Part shown: positions 31,160 to 42,604 of the stretch, piece after piece
Position numbering within the stretch: position 1 is the first letter of the stretch
Layout: each line of letters opens with the position of its first letter
From: Candidatus Eiseniibacteriota bacterium
GTDB lineage: Bacteria; Eisenbacteria; RBG-16-71-46; JABDJR01
Assembly (NCBI GenBank): GCA_963783375.1
Contig: CAWANH010000029.1
Coordinates: forward strand, 1,344,001-1,408,000
Direction of reading: 5' to 3'
DNA length: 64,000 bases
The notes under the pieces: model-generated
Seen by the model: the letters and a program-made list of their open reading frames with translations, nothing else
What the model was told of the DNA's origin: nothing
Databases searched by the model: none
Made by a program: the position numbers and the translations under genes

Positions 31160-32971
31160 TCACCCCGCGGCCGGCGTCTCGGTGATCCCGGCCAGCTTGC
31201 GGGCCATGTCGCGCTTGGGGACCAGGTCCCCCTTCCGGGTGGCGATCCCGATGCCGTCGCGAAACACCCGGGCCGCATCGTCGTTTCGACCGAGCTTCAT
31301 GAGGCAGGTTCCGAGGTGGTTCATGGCCATGCTGTAATCGGGCTGGCCCTCGACCGCCTTCCGGAAACACGGGACCGCCTCTTCGTATCGCTCCAGATCG
31401 AGGAGGATCTTCCCCAGTCCGAAGTTGGCGATCACGTCCTCGGGGTCCATCTCCAGTACCCGGCGGAAGAGTCCGATGCGCTCCTCGAGTTCGGCCCGGC
31501 GCCGTTCGGTGTCCGCCTGCGCCCGGCGCTCGGCTTCCTTCTCCCCCATCTCGCGTTTCCAGATGAGGTAGGTCACCCGGCCCTTGATTTCCTCCGCCTC
31601 CTCGATCAGGCCGCACTGGGCGCAGTACCGGCTCAGGTTCGTCCACGCCATGACGTGGCCGGGGTCCATCTCGGTGAGGGCGCGCATGGTTTCGATCGCG
31701 TCGTCCAACCGTCCGAGCCGTTCCTGACTCACCCCCATCGATTCGAAGGCGTCGGCGTGGCGCGGGTTCATGAGGATCGCGCGCTCGAAGAGGCCGAGGG
31801 CCTCCTCGAACCGGTCGGAGCGAAAGGCCTCCATCCCGCGGCGATAGAGGACCTCGGCCTGCTCGGCCGGTCCCGGCGGCCGGTAGAGCGGAAGCTCCTG
31901 CACCACCGCGGGCACCATGGCGCCGTCGAGGTTGAGATGGACCACCGTGCCCGGCTCGATCGCTTCGCGCCTCACCATGGCCAGGGCGATCGGTCTTCCC
32001 AGGTTGGGGGAGAGGCAGGCGCTCCGGCTCTCCCCCACCGGGGCCTCGTCCACGAGGAGCAGGGCGCCGGCGGGAGGCGGCGTCCCGCCCTCGATCACGA
32101 TCCCGGCCAGAAACCGGTTCACGTGACCGCGGGAGTGGACCCGGGCCACGGTCTCCTGGCCGAGGTAACAGCCCTTGTCGTGGGAAACCATCCCGCCGCG
32201 GCCCAGCTCCAGGATCAGGGTGCGCCCGTCCATGTCGACCCCGAAGGCCGGGCGCCCGCCTTCGATGCGGAGGATCTCCAGGGCCTCGGCCCCGACCTCG
32301 ACGAGCCCATGTTCCCGACCCGCGGCGGTGAGCGCGTCGCGGACCGGCGCCAGGTCCGACCGGGAAACGAGGAGCCGCCCCCCCACGTCTCCGGTCCAGG
32401 GGTCGGCCACGAACCGGACCGGACGGCTTCCCAGCCGGATCTCCCGGTGAAGGTAGGGATCGAGATCGACACGGTTCCCCGAGGCGGCCAGGAGAAGCGC
32501 CGGGGTCTCGGGGCCGTGAAGCTCCAGCGCCGCCCATTCGCGGCTCAGGTCGGTGAAGCTTGCCCGCTCGCGAAACCGATGCTCCTCGAAGCGGGCCAGG
32601 AGCCCGGCCAGGAGATCGGGCCGGGCGAGAAGAAGCATCGTTTCGCCGAGGTTCAAGAGATGGAGATCGGCGGAGATCCGTCCCTTGCGATCGAGGTAGG
32701 CGGTGTAGGCCCCGCTCCCGGGTTCCATGGCCGCCACGTCCACGGGAAGCTGGGCCTGGAGAAAGCTCACGCGATCGGGTCCGGCGACCTCCGCCACCGC
32801 CACCAGTTCGGTCCGGCCGAGCGCCACCCGGGCGCGCGCGGCCCGGGCCTCGGCGGCGGGATCGGAAGCGCGCGCGGGCGGAGAAGGCGCGGGGGGATCC
32901 GGCGAACCGGCGGGCGTCGAGGGACGGGCGGGATCCGGGAAGACGGGAGAACCGGCGCGGTCCGGGGTCAC
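31160..32971 (-). CDS. ygfZ: YgfZ/GcvT folate-binding protein fused to C-terminal TPR repeats
   Basis: GPDRVSFLQ, LRIEGG and the KGCYLGQE signature, then ~200 aa of TPRs; GTG overlaps the iscA stop. Confidence 0.88.
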   Translation of the reverse strand: MTPDRAGSPVFPDPARPSTPAGSPDPPAPSPPARASDPAAEARAARARVALGRTELVAVAEVAGPDRVSFLQAQLPVDVAAMEPGSGAYTAYLDRKGRISADLHLLNLGETMLLLARPDLLAGLLARFEEHRFRERASFTDLSREWAALELHGPETPALLLAASGNRVDLDPYLHREIRLGSRPVRFVADPWTGDVGGRLLVSRSDLAPVRDALTAAGREHGLVEVGAEALEILRIEGGRPAFGVDMDGRTLILELGRGGMVSHDKGCYLGQETVARVHSRGHVNRFLAGIVIEGGTPPPAGALLLVDEAPVGESRSACLSPNLGRPIALAMVRREAIEPGTVVHLNLDGAMVPAVVQELPLYRPPGPAEQAEVLYRRGMEAFRSDRFEEALGLFERAILMNPRHADAFESMGVSQERLGRLDDAIETMRALTEMDPGHVMAWTNLSRYCAQCGLIEEAEEIKGRVTYLIWKREMGEKEAERRAQADTERRRAELEERIGLFRRVLEMDPEDVIANFGLGKILLDLERYEEAVPCFRKAVEGQPDYSMAMNHLGTCLMKLGRNDDAARVFRDGIGIATRKGDLVPKRDMARKLAGITETPAAG

Positions 32972-33312
32972 ACCGAGAAGGACTCCCCGCAGCCGCAGGA
33001 ATTCTCGGCGTTGGGATTCGAGAAGACGAACCCCTTGCCGGAGAGCCCGCTCTGGTGATCCACGGTGATCCCCTTCAGGTAGAGGAGGCTCTTGGGATCG
33101 ATGAACACCCGGGTTCCGCCATCGAGGTCCATCACCGCGTCGCCGGGCTCCTGGAGGGTGAACTCCAGCTTGTAGGAGAGACCGGAGCACCCGCCGCCGG
33201 CCACCCCCAGGCGGAGGCCCACGCCCTCCCGCCGGTCCTCGGCCAGGAGCCGGGCCACTTCCCGGCGGGCGGAGTCGGTCAGATGGGCGATCGCGGTCTG
33301 GGTTTCAGCCAT
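32968..33312 (-). CDS. iscA: A-type Fe-S cluster carrier (IscA/SufA/HesB)
   Basis: GGGCSGLSY and NPNAENSCGCGESF. Confidence 0.95.
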   Translation of the reverse strand: MAETQTAIAHLTDSARREVARLLAEDRREGVGLRLGVAGGGCSGLSYKLEFTLQEPGDAVMDLDGGTRVFIDPKSLLYLKGITVDHQSGLSGKGFVFSNPNAENSCGCGESFSV

Positions 33313-33474
33313 GTCGTAAGTGCTCCTCGGGTTGATCGGGTCGCCCCGGCGGAGGCCCGCCGGGAATCACGACAAAGATTATACACATTCCGGGCGAAGG
33401 CCGATCCATGCAGCCACAAGCCATTACCCCACAATTGATTGCGGCCTACGGGGTCTGGAGGAACGGGGCGAAGA

Positions 33475-33789
33475 TTATTTGTAGCGGTAGGTGATCCGGC
33501 CTCGGGTGAGATCGTACGGGGAGAGCTCGACCGTCACTTTGTCCCCATTCAGGATGCGGATGAAGTGTTTCCGCATCTTCCCGGAGATGTGGGCCAGGAT
33601 TTCGTGACCGTTCTCCATGCGGACCTTGAACCGGGCGTTGGGAAGGCTGTCCACCACGATCCCCTCGACCACCACCGCGTCCGGCTTTTGCGCCGGACCC
33701 GTGGGCGTGGCGGTCTGATCGGCCGTCTTCTTCTTCTTCCGGCTGAGCTGGCGCTTCTTCCCCCGGCTTATCCTTCGTTTCCTTGCGAT
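33475..33789 (-). CDS. infA: Translation initiation factor IF-1 with basic N-terminal extension; start probably non-AUG
   Basis: [54 protein letters not shown]; AAGGAGG SD lies 5 nt before an in-frame ATC at 33789. Confidence 0.92.
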   Translation of the reverse strand: MARKRRISRGKKRQLSRKKKKTADQTATPTGPAQKPDAVVVEGIVVDSLPNARFKVRMENGHEILAHISGKMRKHFIRILNGDKVTVELSPYDLTRGRITYRYK

Positions 33790-34072
33790 GGCAACCTCCT
33801 TGGGGTGGGGAACCTCCGAGGCTCCCTCGACCCATTCATTCTTCCGCGGGGCTTCGACGAGCCGCGCGAACACGCAGTCGAGCAATAACCGATTCAGTGT
33901 AGCGCATCCGGGGAATTTGCGGCAGTGGCGCCGCCCCCGGCACTTGCGGCATAGTGGAGGCGGTGGCCCGAGCGGACCCGGGCCCCCTCCGAGGCCCCCT
34001 GCCTCCCCATGAGACGTCAAACTTACGGTTTTTCAAGTAGTTACATCCCATCGACTCCGGAGGAGTACCGCC

Positions 34073-35656
34073 ATGAACCTGCCCTCCTCAAGACTCCGGC
34101 GCACCGGATCCGTCCATGCCCTCCTGGCCGGGCTGGCCGCGGCCGCGCTCGCCGCCCTCACGGCCCCGGCCGGGGCCGCCGTGGTCCTGCCCACCGACTT
34201 CGCCGACCAGCTCGTCATATCCGGCCTCGACCAGCCCACGAGCTTCGTCTTTCTCCCCGACGGGCGGGTGGTGATCACCGAACAGAACACCGCCGACGTG
34301 GAACTCCTGGTGAACGGGAGCCTGGCCCCCTCCCCCATCCTCCACATCCCCGACGTCAACACCTCGGGCGGTGAGCGGGGGCTTCTGGGGGTCGCGATGG
34401 ATCCGGGATGGCCCGCCCGCCCTTACCTCTATTTCTACTTCGACCGCACGCCGGGGAACGTCAACTACGTGGCCCGCTGGACGGCGACCGGCGACCTGAG
34501 CGACGGCTCCAGCGCGAACCTGACCCTCGGCGATCGCTACGACATCCTCACCGACATTCCGGACAACGCATCGAATCACAACGGGGGGACGCTCCGCTTC
34601 GGGCCGGACGGATTCCTCTACGCGAGCGTGGGCGACGACGCCGACCAGTGCCAAGCCCAGGACCCGACCACGCTGCAGGGAGCGATCCTCCGGCTCGACG
34701 TGTCGGGCCTCCCCGCCGGCGCGGGCGGTCCGCCGGCCAAATTCGCCATCACCCCCGGGACCAACCCCTTCGCCGGGGGAAACGCCAACGCCGGCCTCAT
34801 CTATTGCTACGGTCTCAGAAATCCGTTCCGCTTTCACGTGGACCGCTGGCCGGGACGCATCTATATCGGCGACGTGGGGCTCAGCACCTACGAGGAGATG
34901 GACGAGGCCCGCCCCGGCGACAACCTCGGCTGGCCCTGGCGCGAGGGGCCGCTGGTGCGCGCGATATCCGCCTGCCCCGAGCCCGGCGGCTCCGGGACCC
35001 AGACGTTCACCGATCCCATCGCCTACTACCTCCGGAGCTCCGGTTCGTGGGCGGTCATCGGCGGCCCGATCTACCGGCCGGTCTCCGGAGGCGCCTACAC
35101 CTTCCCCACCCTCTACGACGGGGTCGTGTTCTACGCCGAGTACTACCACGGGTTCATTCGCGCGCTGAAGCGGGTGAACGGAACCTGGGGGCCGTTGGCC
35201 CCGGTCTCCGGCCAGCCCAACGCCACCGACTGGGCCACCGGAATCAACAACATCGGCGACTTCGGCCTGGGGCCGGACGGGGCGATCTACTACGCTCAGC
35301 AGTTCCCGGGATCGCTTCGGCGAATCGTCTACACCGGCACGGTGACCGGGGTCCCGGATCGGCCGACCGGGCCCACCCCGTCGATCCGCGTGGGACCGAA
35401 CCCGTTCTTCGCCGGAGGGGCGCCGGCCCGGGTGGAGTTCGCGGGGACGGGCGAGGGCGAGGTCCGGATCGGGGTATGGGACGTGACCGGGCGCCGGGTG
35501 AGGTCGCTGTACACCGGGGATCCGGGGGAAGCGGGGGGCGCGACGGCCTGGGACGGCCGCGACGACCGCGGGAGCGCGGTCCCGCCGGGGATCTACTACC
35601 TCCGCGTGGAGGGGCCGGGGGGGGCCGCCTCGACCCGGGTGGCGCTTCTGCCCTGA
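34073..35656 (+). CDS. PQQ-dependent (glucose/sorbosone-type) sugar dehydrogenase-like protein with C-terminal FlgD-Ig-like domain
   Basis: ERGLLG, NHNGGTLRFGPDG and GLRNPFRF; tail GPNPF...WDGRDDRG..VPPGIYY. Confidence 0.88.
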   Translation: MNLPSSRLRRTGSVHALLAGLAAAALAALTAPAGAAVVLPTDFADQLVISGLDQPTSFVFLPDGRVVITEQNTADVELLVNGSLAPSPILHIPDVNTSGGERGLLGVAMDPGWPARPYLYFYFDRTPGNVNYVARWTATGDLSDGSSANLTLGDRYDILTDIPDNASNHNGGTLRFGPDGFLYASVGDDADQCQAQDPTTLQGAILRLDVSGLPAGAGGPPAKFAITPGTNPFAGGNANAGLIYCYGLRNPFRFHVDRWPGRIYIGDVGLSTYEEMDEARPGDNLGWPWREGPLVRAISACPEPGGSGTQTFTDPIAYYLRSSGSWAVIGGPIYRPVSGGAYTFPTLYDGVVFYAEYYHGFIRALKRVNGTWGPLAPVSGQPNATDWATGINNIGDFGLGPDGAIYYAQQFPGSLRRIVYTGTVTGVPDRPTGPTPSIRVGPNPFFAGGAPARVEFAGTGEGEVRIGVWDVTGRRVRSLYTGDPGEAGGATAWDGRDDRGSAVPPGIYYLRVEGPGGAASTRVALLP

Positions 35657-35878
35657 ACGGGGCAGGGCAGGCTCTCCCCGCCGGCGGACCCGGGAGGTCG
35701 CGGGGCTCCCGCGGCGGGGTGCGCGAGGCGGGGCGGCGATTGCGCGATACCGGGGGCGGGCCGATCCGGCGGCGGGAGGCGGGGTGCGCGAGGCGGGCCG
35801 ACGGGGTATAATACCGCTCCCTCGTTCCGGCCTCATCAACCACCGGATCCGCTCAGGTATCCGCGTTCTGGAGCTAGC

Positions 35879-37939
<2,061 letters not shown>

Positions 37940-38135
37940 ATCAGGGAGGCTCCCCGGAGTGAGGCGGTTGGCAGGAACGGAAGCGCCCACGGCGGCGTCG
38001 AAGCGGATTCGGCGGCCCTCGGAGGCGCGATCGGGCCCATGAACACGGGGCGGGCGCCGGCAACGGCGTCCGCCCTTTCTCATTGGTCCGTGCTGCCCCG
38101 AATTCGTTCCGGCACGCCGCTCGAATCTCACTCGG

Positions 38136-38164
38136 TTGCAAATTCAGTAAATTGTGGTTAAATT
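38136..38164 (+). promoter_or_regulatory. Sigma70-like promoter for the 38309 gene
   Basis: TTGCAA-17 bp-TAAATT in an AT-rich patch. Confidence 0.5.
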
Positions 38165-38308
38165 CAGAGGTTCCCGCGTCCGGGCCCCCGGGAACGGCTT
38201 CGCACCGCCACTCAGGCCGCCATCGCCGGCCAGGGCCCCACCGGGAGCGCGCGGCTCTACGCACTCCGGGCCCGCGTTCCTCTCCATCATCCAACAGGGA
38301 GAAACCCA

Positions 38309-39034
38309 ATGCATCCCAACGGCTACGCAAGGCTATTCCGGGTTCCCACCCTCCGACGTCCGCTCCCCGTCCTCGTCGCGGCGCTCCTCCTGGGAGCGGC
38401 CCTGACACCGGAGGTCCCGACCGCCTCCGCCGGCACCATCGTCCTCCACAGCGGGAACGGTTCGGTCGGCGACATGGATTCGCAAATCACCTACCTGCAG
38501 GAACCCTCCCTCCCCTGCTGCAGCGAATTCCTCCCCTTCACCTCCGCCGACTTCCTCGCCGCCCAGACCGGACCGCCGGCGTACGTGCGAGGCCCGTACG
38601 CGGGGTGGATCACGGGTCTGGCCTGCGACCCGACCGCGCGGTGGATCGCCGAGGATACGAACAACGACACGCACACCACGCTCTACGCCTACCCCTTCGA
38701 CGTGGACACCTGCTGTGTCGCCGGCGCGAACCTCACGTTCTGCTGGGCGGTGGACGACTATCTGGGCGGCGCCTCGAACAACCCCGCCGGTGTGTACCTC
38801 AACGGGGACCCCCTGACCTCGATCTCCGGTGGGGGCATCGGCACGGAGTCGAGCGTCGGACCCGTGGACGTGACCTCGATGATCCAGTGCGGCCGGAACT
38901 GGCTGTACGTCTACGATCGCGACACCTCTTCGATCGTCAGCGGCGTCATGTTCAGCGCCACGCTGGACATCACCCCCTGCATCGTACCCACCCGGCCTAC
39001 GACCTGGTCCACGATCAAGACGATGTATCACTGA
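38309..39034 (+). CDS. Secreted Cys-containing beta-sandwich protein with C-terminal PTRPTTWSTIKTMYH tail
   Basis: Signal peptide ending ASA-G; ARWI, AVDD...VYLNG and GRNWL motifs suggest a jelly-roll/lectin-like fold. Confidence 0.82.
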   Translation: MHPNGYARLFRVPTLRRPLPVLVAALLLGAALTPEVPTASAGTIVLHSGNGSVGDMDSQITYLQEPSLPCCSEFLPFTSADFLAAQTGPPAYVRGPYAGWITGLACDPTARWIAEDTNNDTHTTLYAYPFDVDTCCVAGANLTFCWAVDDYLGGASNNPAGVYLNGDPLTSISGGGIGTESSVGPVDVTSMIQCGRNWLYVYDRDTSSIVSGVMFSATLDITPCIVPTRPTTWSTIKTMYH

Positions 39035-39219
39035 GACCGGAGCCGCGGGTGCCCGGTCCCGGAGGCGAGCGCCATTCGGGTCCGGGCGTCCGCGGGGCCC
39101 GCGTGATTTCACCCGCATGAATCGCCGACGAGCCGGCGGCGGCCAACCTCGGGACGCCCTCGCGCCGAAGAGGGGGTTGCGCTCCCAAGATCCCGGGCCT
39201 TCTGCTAGTCTCCCGGCGC

Positions 39220-40572
39220 ATGAACGCCCCCGCATCCGTTCCCGCGGAGCGCCCCCACCACCTGCGCCGGGTCCTCGGAAGCGGAGACGCCGCGGCGCTG
39301 ATCGTGGGCGTGATGATCGGGTCCGGCATTTTCGCCACCCCGCCCCTGGTGGCCGGCCATCTCCCCTCCGCCGGAGCCATGCTGGCGATCTGGGCGTTGG
39401 GCGGGGTGCTCGCCCTCTGCGGCGCGCTCTGCTACGCCGAGCTATCGGGGATGTTCCCCGAGACCGGCGGGGCCTACGTCTTCCTCCGGGAGGGATACGG
39501 GCGGCTCCCGTCCTTCGTGTTCGGGTGGAGCGAGCTCCTGGTCACCTACCCCGCCTCGATCGCCGCGGTCTCGGTGGTCTTCATCGCCTACCTGTCCCGG
39601 CTCGTCCCCATCCCCGAACCCGCCCGGCCCGCCGCCGCCGCGGCTTTGTGCCTGGTCCTGGCCGGGCTCAACGTGCTGGGGGTGCGGCTGGGGGCGTGGT
39701 CGCTCCGGATCTTCACCGGATCCAAGGTGCTGGCCCTGGCCGCGATCGTCGGGTTCGCGTTCCTGGCCCGGCGGGGCTCGGCGGCGAACCTGGCCCCGCT
39801 CTGGGTCACGCCGGAAGGAGGCTGGTCGGCGGGCGCGGTGGCCCTCTCCCTGGTGGCGGTGATCTGGACCTACGAGGGCTGGGCCGACGGGCCGACCCTG
39901 GCCGGCGAGGTGCGGGACGAGAAGCGCGACGTGGCGCGCGCGCTCCTCTTCGGCACCCTGGGGGTGGCGGCCATCTATCTGCTGGTGAACCTGGCCTACG
40001 TCTTCGTGCTCGGGGTGGATGGGGTGAGCCGCTCGGATGCGGTGGCGGTGGACACCGCTCTCCGCGTGTTCGGCCCGGCCGGCGGGCTGTTCGTGACGTT
40101 GCTCGTCCTGGTCTCGACCCTGGGGAGCGTCCTGGCCATGATCATCGCCGCCTCCCGGGTGTTCTTCGCGGTGGGGCGCGACGGGCTCTTCTTCGAGCGG
40201 GTGGGCCGGGTGCATCCGCGCTTCAAGACCCCCGCCTACGCGCTGGCCGCGGTGGGGGGCGTGTCGGCGGCCTACACCCTGCTCGGCACCTTCGAGGAGA
40301 TCATCCGCTACTTCGTGTTCGTGGCGACGCTGTGGTTCGTCTTCATCATCGGCTCGGTCATCCTCCACCGGCTCCGCCGCCCGCATCACCCGAGGCCGTT
40401 TCGCGTCCCGCTCTATCCCCTTCCGCCGCTCGTGTACCTGGTGGTGGCGATCGGGTTGCTGGTCCAGCTCGCGCGCGAGGCGCCGCGGGACGCGGTGGTG
40501 GGGGTCGCGGTGCTCGCGGCGTCGGTGCCGGTCTATTTCCTGTGGGAGCGGAGCCGGAGCGCGCGGGGGTGA
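39220..40572 (+). CDS. APC family amino acid permease
   Basis: IGSGIFATP, YAELS..FPETGG.YV, YEGW and RPFRVPLYP; about 12 TM segments. Confidence 0.93.
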   Translation: MNAPASVPAERPHHLRRVLGSGDAAALIVGVMIGSGIFATPPLVAGHLPSAGAMLAIWALGGVLALCGALCYAELSGMFPETGGAYVFLREGYGRLPSFVFGWSELLVTYPASIAAVSVVFIAYLSRLVPIPEPARPAAAAALCLVLAGLNVLGVRLGAWSLRIFTGSKVLALAAIVGFAFLARRGSAANLAPLWVTPEGGWSAGAVALSLVAVIWTYEGWADGPTLAGEVRDEKRDVARALLFGTLGVAAIYLLVNLAYVFVLGVDGVSRSDAVAVDTALRVFGPAGGLFVTLLVLVSTLGSVLAMIIAASRVFFAVGRDGLFFERVGRVHPRFKTPAYALAAVGGVSAAYTLLGTFEEIIRYFVFVATLWFVFIIGSVILHRLRRPHHPRPFRVPLYPLPPLVYLVVAIGLLVQLAREAPRDAVVGVAVLAASVPVYFLWERSRSARG

Positions 40573-40739
40573 GTCCGTGGCGGGTGGTCTATCCACACCG
40601 GCCCGGGTACACTCTCCGGGCTCCGGGCCCCGTGGCCGGGGCATCGCCATTCCGTCGGCCGTGGCCGCGGCCCCGCCAACCGGGGCCCGATCGCCCGTCA
40701 GGCCGGCTCGCACGTTACCCATGAAGACGCAGGGAGTCC

Positions 40740-41615
40740 ATGGCCGCGAAAAAGAACGACAAGAAGCCGAAGCGGAAGAAGTTCATCAAGACGCTCAACG
40801 CCCGAAATGCGGACCGCCACATCCTCTACGAGGCGTCGGTGCAGTGTGTGGAGGCGGACCTCGACTTCTTCGAGCGCGTATTCAAGAAGAAGCGCAAGCG
40901 CCCCCTCCGCTTCATCCGTGAGGACTTCTGCGGCACCGGCGCATTGGCCTGCGAGTTCCTGCGCCGGCACCCGGACAACACCGCCATCGGAGTGGACCTG
41001 GACCAGCCGACCCTGGACTGGGGAATGCGCCATCACGTCTCCCGACTGGGTGACGCGGCCGGACGCCTGGCGTTGTTCAACGAGAACGTCCTCACCGTCA
41101 ACACCCCGCCGGTGGATCTGGTGGCCGCGCTCAACTTCTCCTACTCGGTGTTCAAGACCCGCGAGGAGCTTCGCGTCTACTTTTCCCGCGTGCGCGAGGG
41201 GCTGAACGAGGAAGGCATCTTCATCCTCGACGCGTTCGGCGGAACCGACGCCATGGACGAATTGGAGGAGGAGAGAAAGATCACCTCGGGCACCACGCCT
41301 GACGGCACGCCGCTCCCGCCGTTCGTCTACATCTGGGACCAGGCCAGCTTCAACGTGGTGAACCACCACATCCTCTGCCATATCCACTTCCGGTTCCCCG
41401 ACAAGAGCAAGATGAAGCGGGCCTTCACCTACGACTGGCGACTGTGGACCCTTCCCGAACTCCAGGAGATCATGTTGGAGGCGGGGTTCTCCCGGGCCGA
41501 CGTCTACCTGGAAGGCTGGGACGACGAAGAGGACGAAGCGGACGGAATCTTCCGCCGCCGCAAGCACTTCGAGAACATGGCGGGTTGGGTCGGCTACGTG
41601 GTGGGAAGCGTCTGA
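40740..41615 (+). CDS. Class I SAM-dependent methyltransferase
   Basis: REDFCGTG motif I, GVDLD, ALNFSY and YDWRLW. Confidence 0.85.
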   Translation: MAAKKNDKKPKRKKFIKTLNARNADRHILYEASVQCVEADLDFFERVFKKKRKRPLRFIREDFCGTGALACEFLRRHPDNTAIGVDLDQPTLDWGMRHHVSRLGDAAGRLALFNENVLTVNTPPVDLVAALNFSYSVFKTREELRVYFSRVREGLNEEGIFILDAFGGTDAMDELEEERKITSGTTPDGTPLPPFVYIWDQASFNVVNHHILCHIHFRFPDKSKMKRAFTYDWRLWTLPELQEIMLEAGFSRADVYLEGWDDEEDEADGIFRRRKHFENMAGWVGYVVGSV

Positions 41616-42604
41616 TCGAAGGCGGGCCGCGTGCCGCCGCCCCGGGAAGCCCTGACCGGCGCGCCGTGACGCGCCGCCGCTCCGGGAACCCTCCGACCGG
41701 ACCACGCCGCCAGGCCCCACACGCCGCGCCGTCCGCCGGGCGAGATGGACAGGGTCGCCCGGTTTCCGGGAAATGCGCCGGTCGAGACGGCGGACCCCCC
41801 GACGCCGGGGACGGGGCCGCCAGTGCCCGGCCACCCCCACCGCGGCTGGAACCAAGCGAAGCTCTTGGGGTCACATAAGTTAAGGTTCCATCTCCCCCTC
41901 CCCGGACGCGGCCGCGACACCGTCGAGGGGGGGCCCCGGACCGGCACGCTTTCCTTCCCTGGATTTGGGAGAAGCGGATGACGTGCCCCCCCCTGAAACG
42001 GCAAAACTCCATTATTTGTAAACGTCTAATCACCGAAGTGCGGTCGAATCCTGACCCTTATAGTGGCATTCAGAGCTTGTGCCAGGGATCGGAACACGCG
42101 AGGTCGGCGTGGCCCCGCTACGCCCTCCGCCGGTCGATCGGGTACCCCTGACGGTCGGCTCAAGAGCCGACGGTCCTCCCGGACCGTTCTCGGGGTCGCC
42201 CACCCGGCCGCCGAGGAGACCGTCAATGCCCCAGAACGAGCACAAATCGATCGCGGCGCCGGAGCGGAGGGTTCCGGCCGGGAACGATGAGGGCGCCCCC
42301 CGAAACCGGGCGCGCATCACCCCGCCGGCCGTGACCTCCGGAGCCGAGACGGCGCTCCCCCGCTCTCACCGAATCCCGGCAATGCGGCTCGTCGGCCGAA
42401 CCAGGCGCCGGCCGCGTGGCGCGATCATCCCCGGGATCGCGAGAGTGCCCGAATTGGAGCGGTTTTGAAGGACGGACCTCACACCCGGGTCAAGGGGCCG
42501 ACCGCGGTGAGAGGCCGGCGGATACTGGACGTGTTGAGCGGAGATCTGCTTCCCCGGGATCGGTTGACCGGGGGGGCGGGCCGAATGAGAAAGCGGGGTG
42601 ACCC

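Noticed and set aside
41990-42070. c-di-GMP-I riboswitch suggested by GGCAAAAC
   Set aside because: The GNRA-capped P2 stem and the GCAAAGC/P3 elements are missing.
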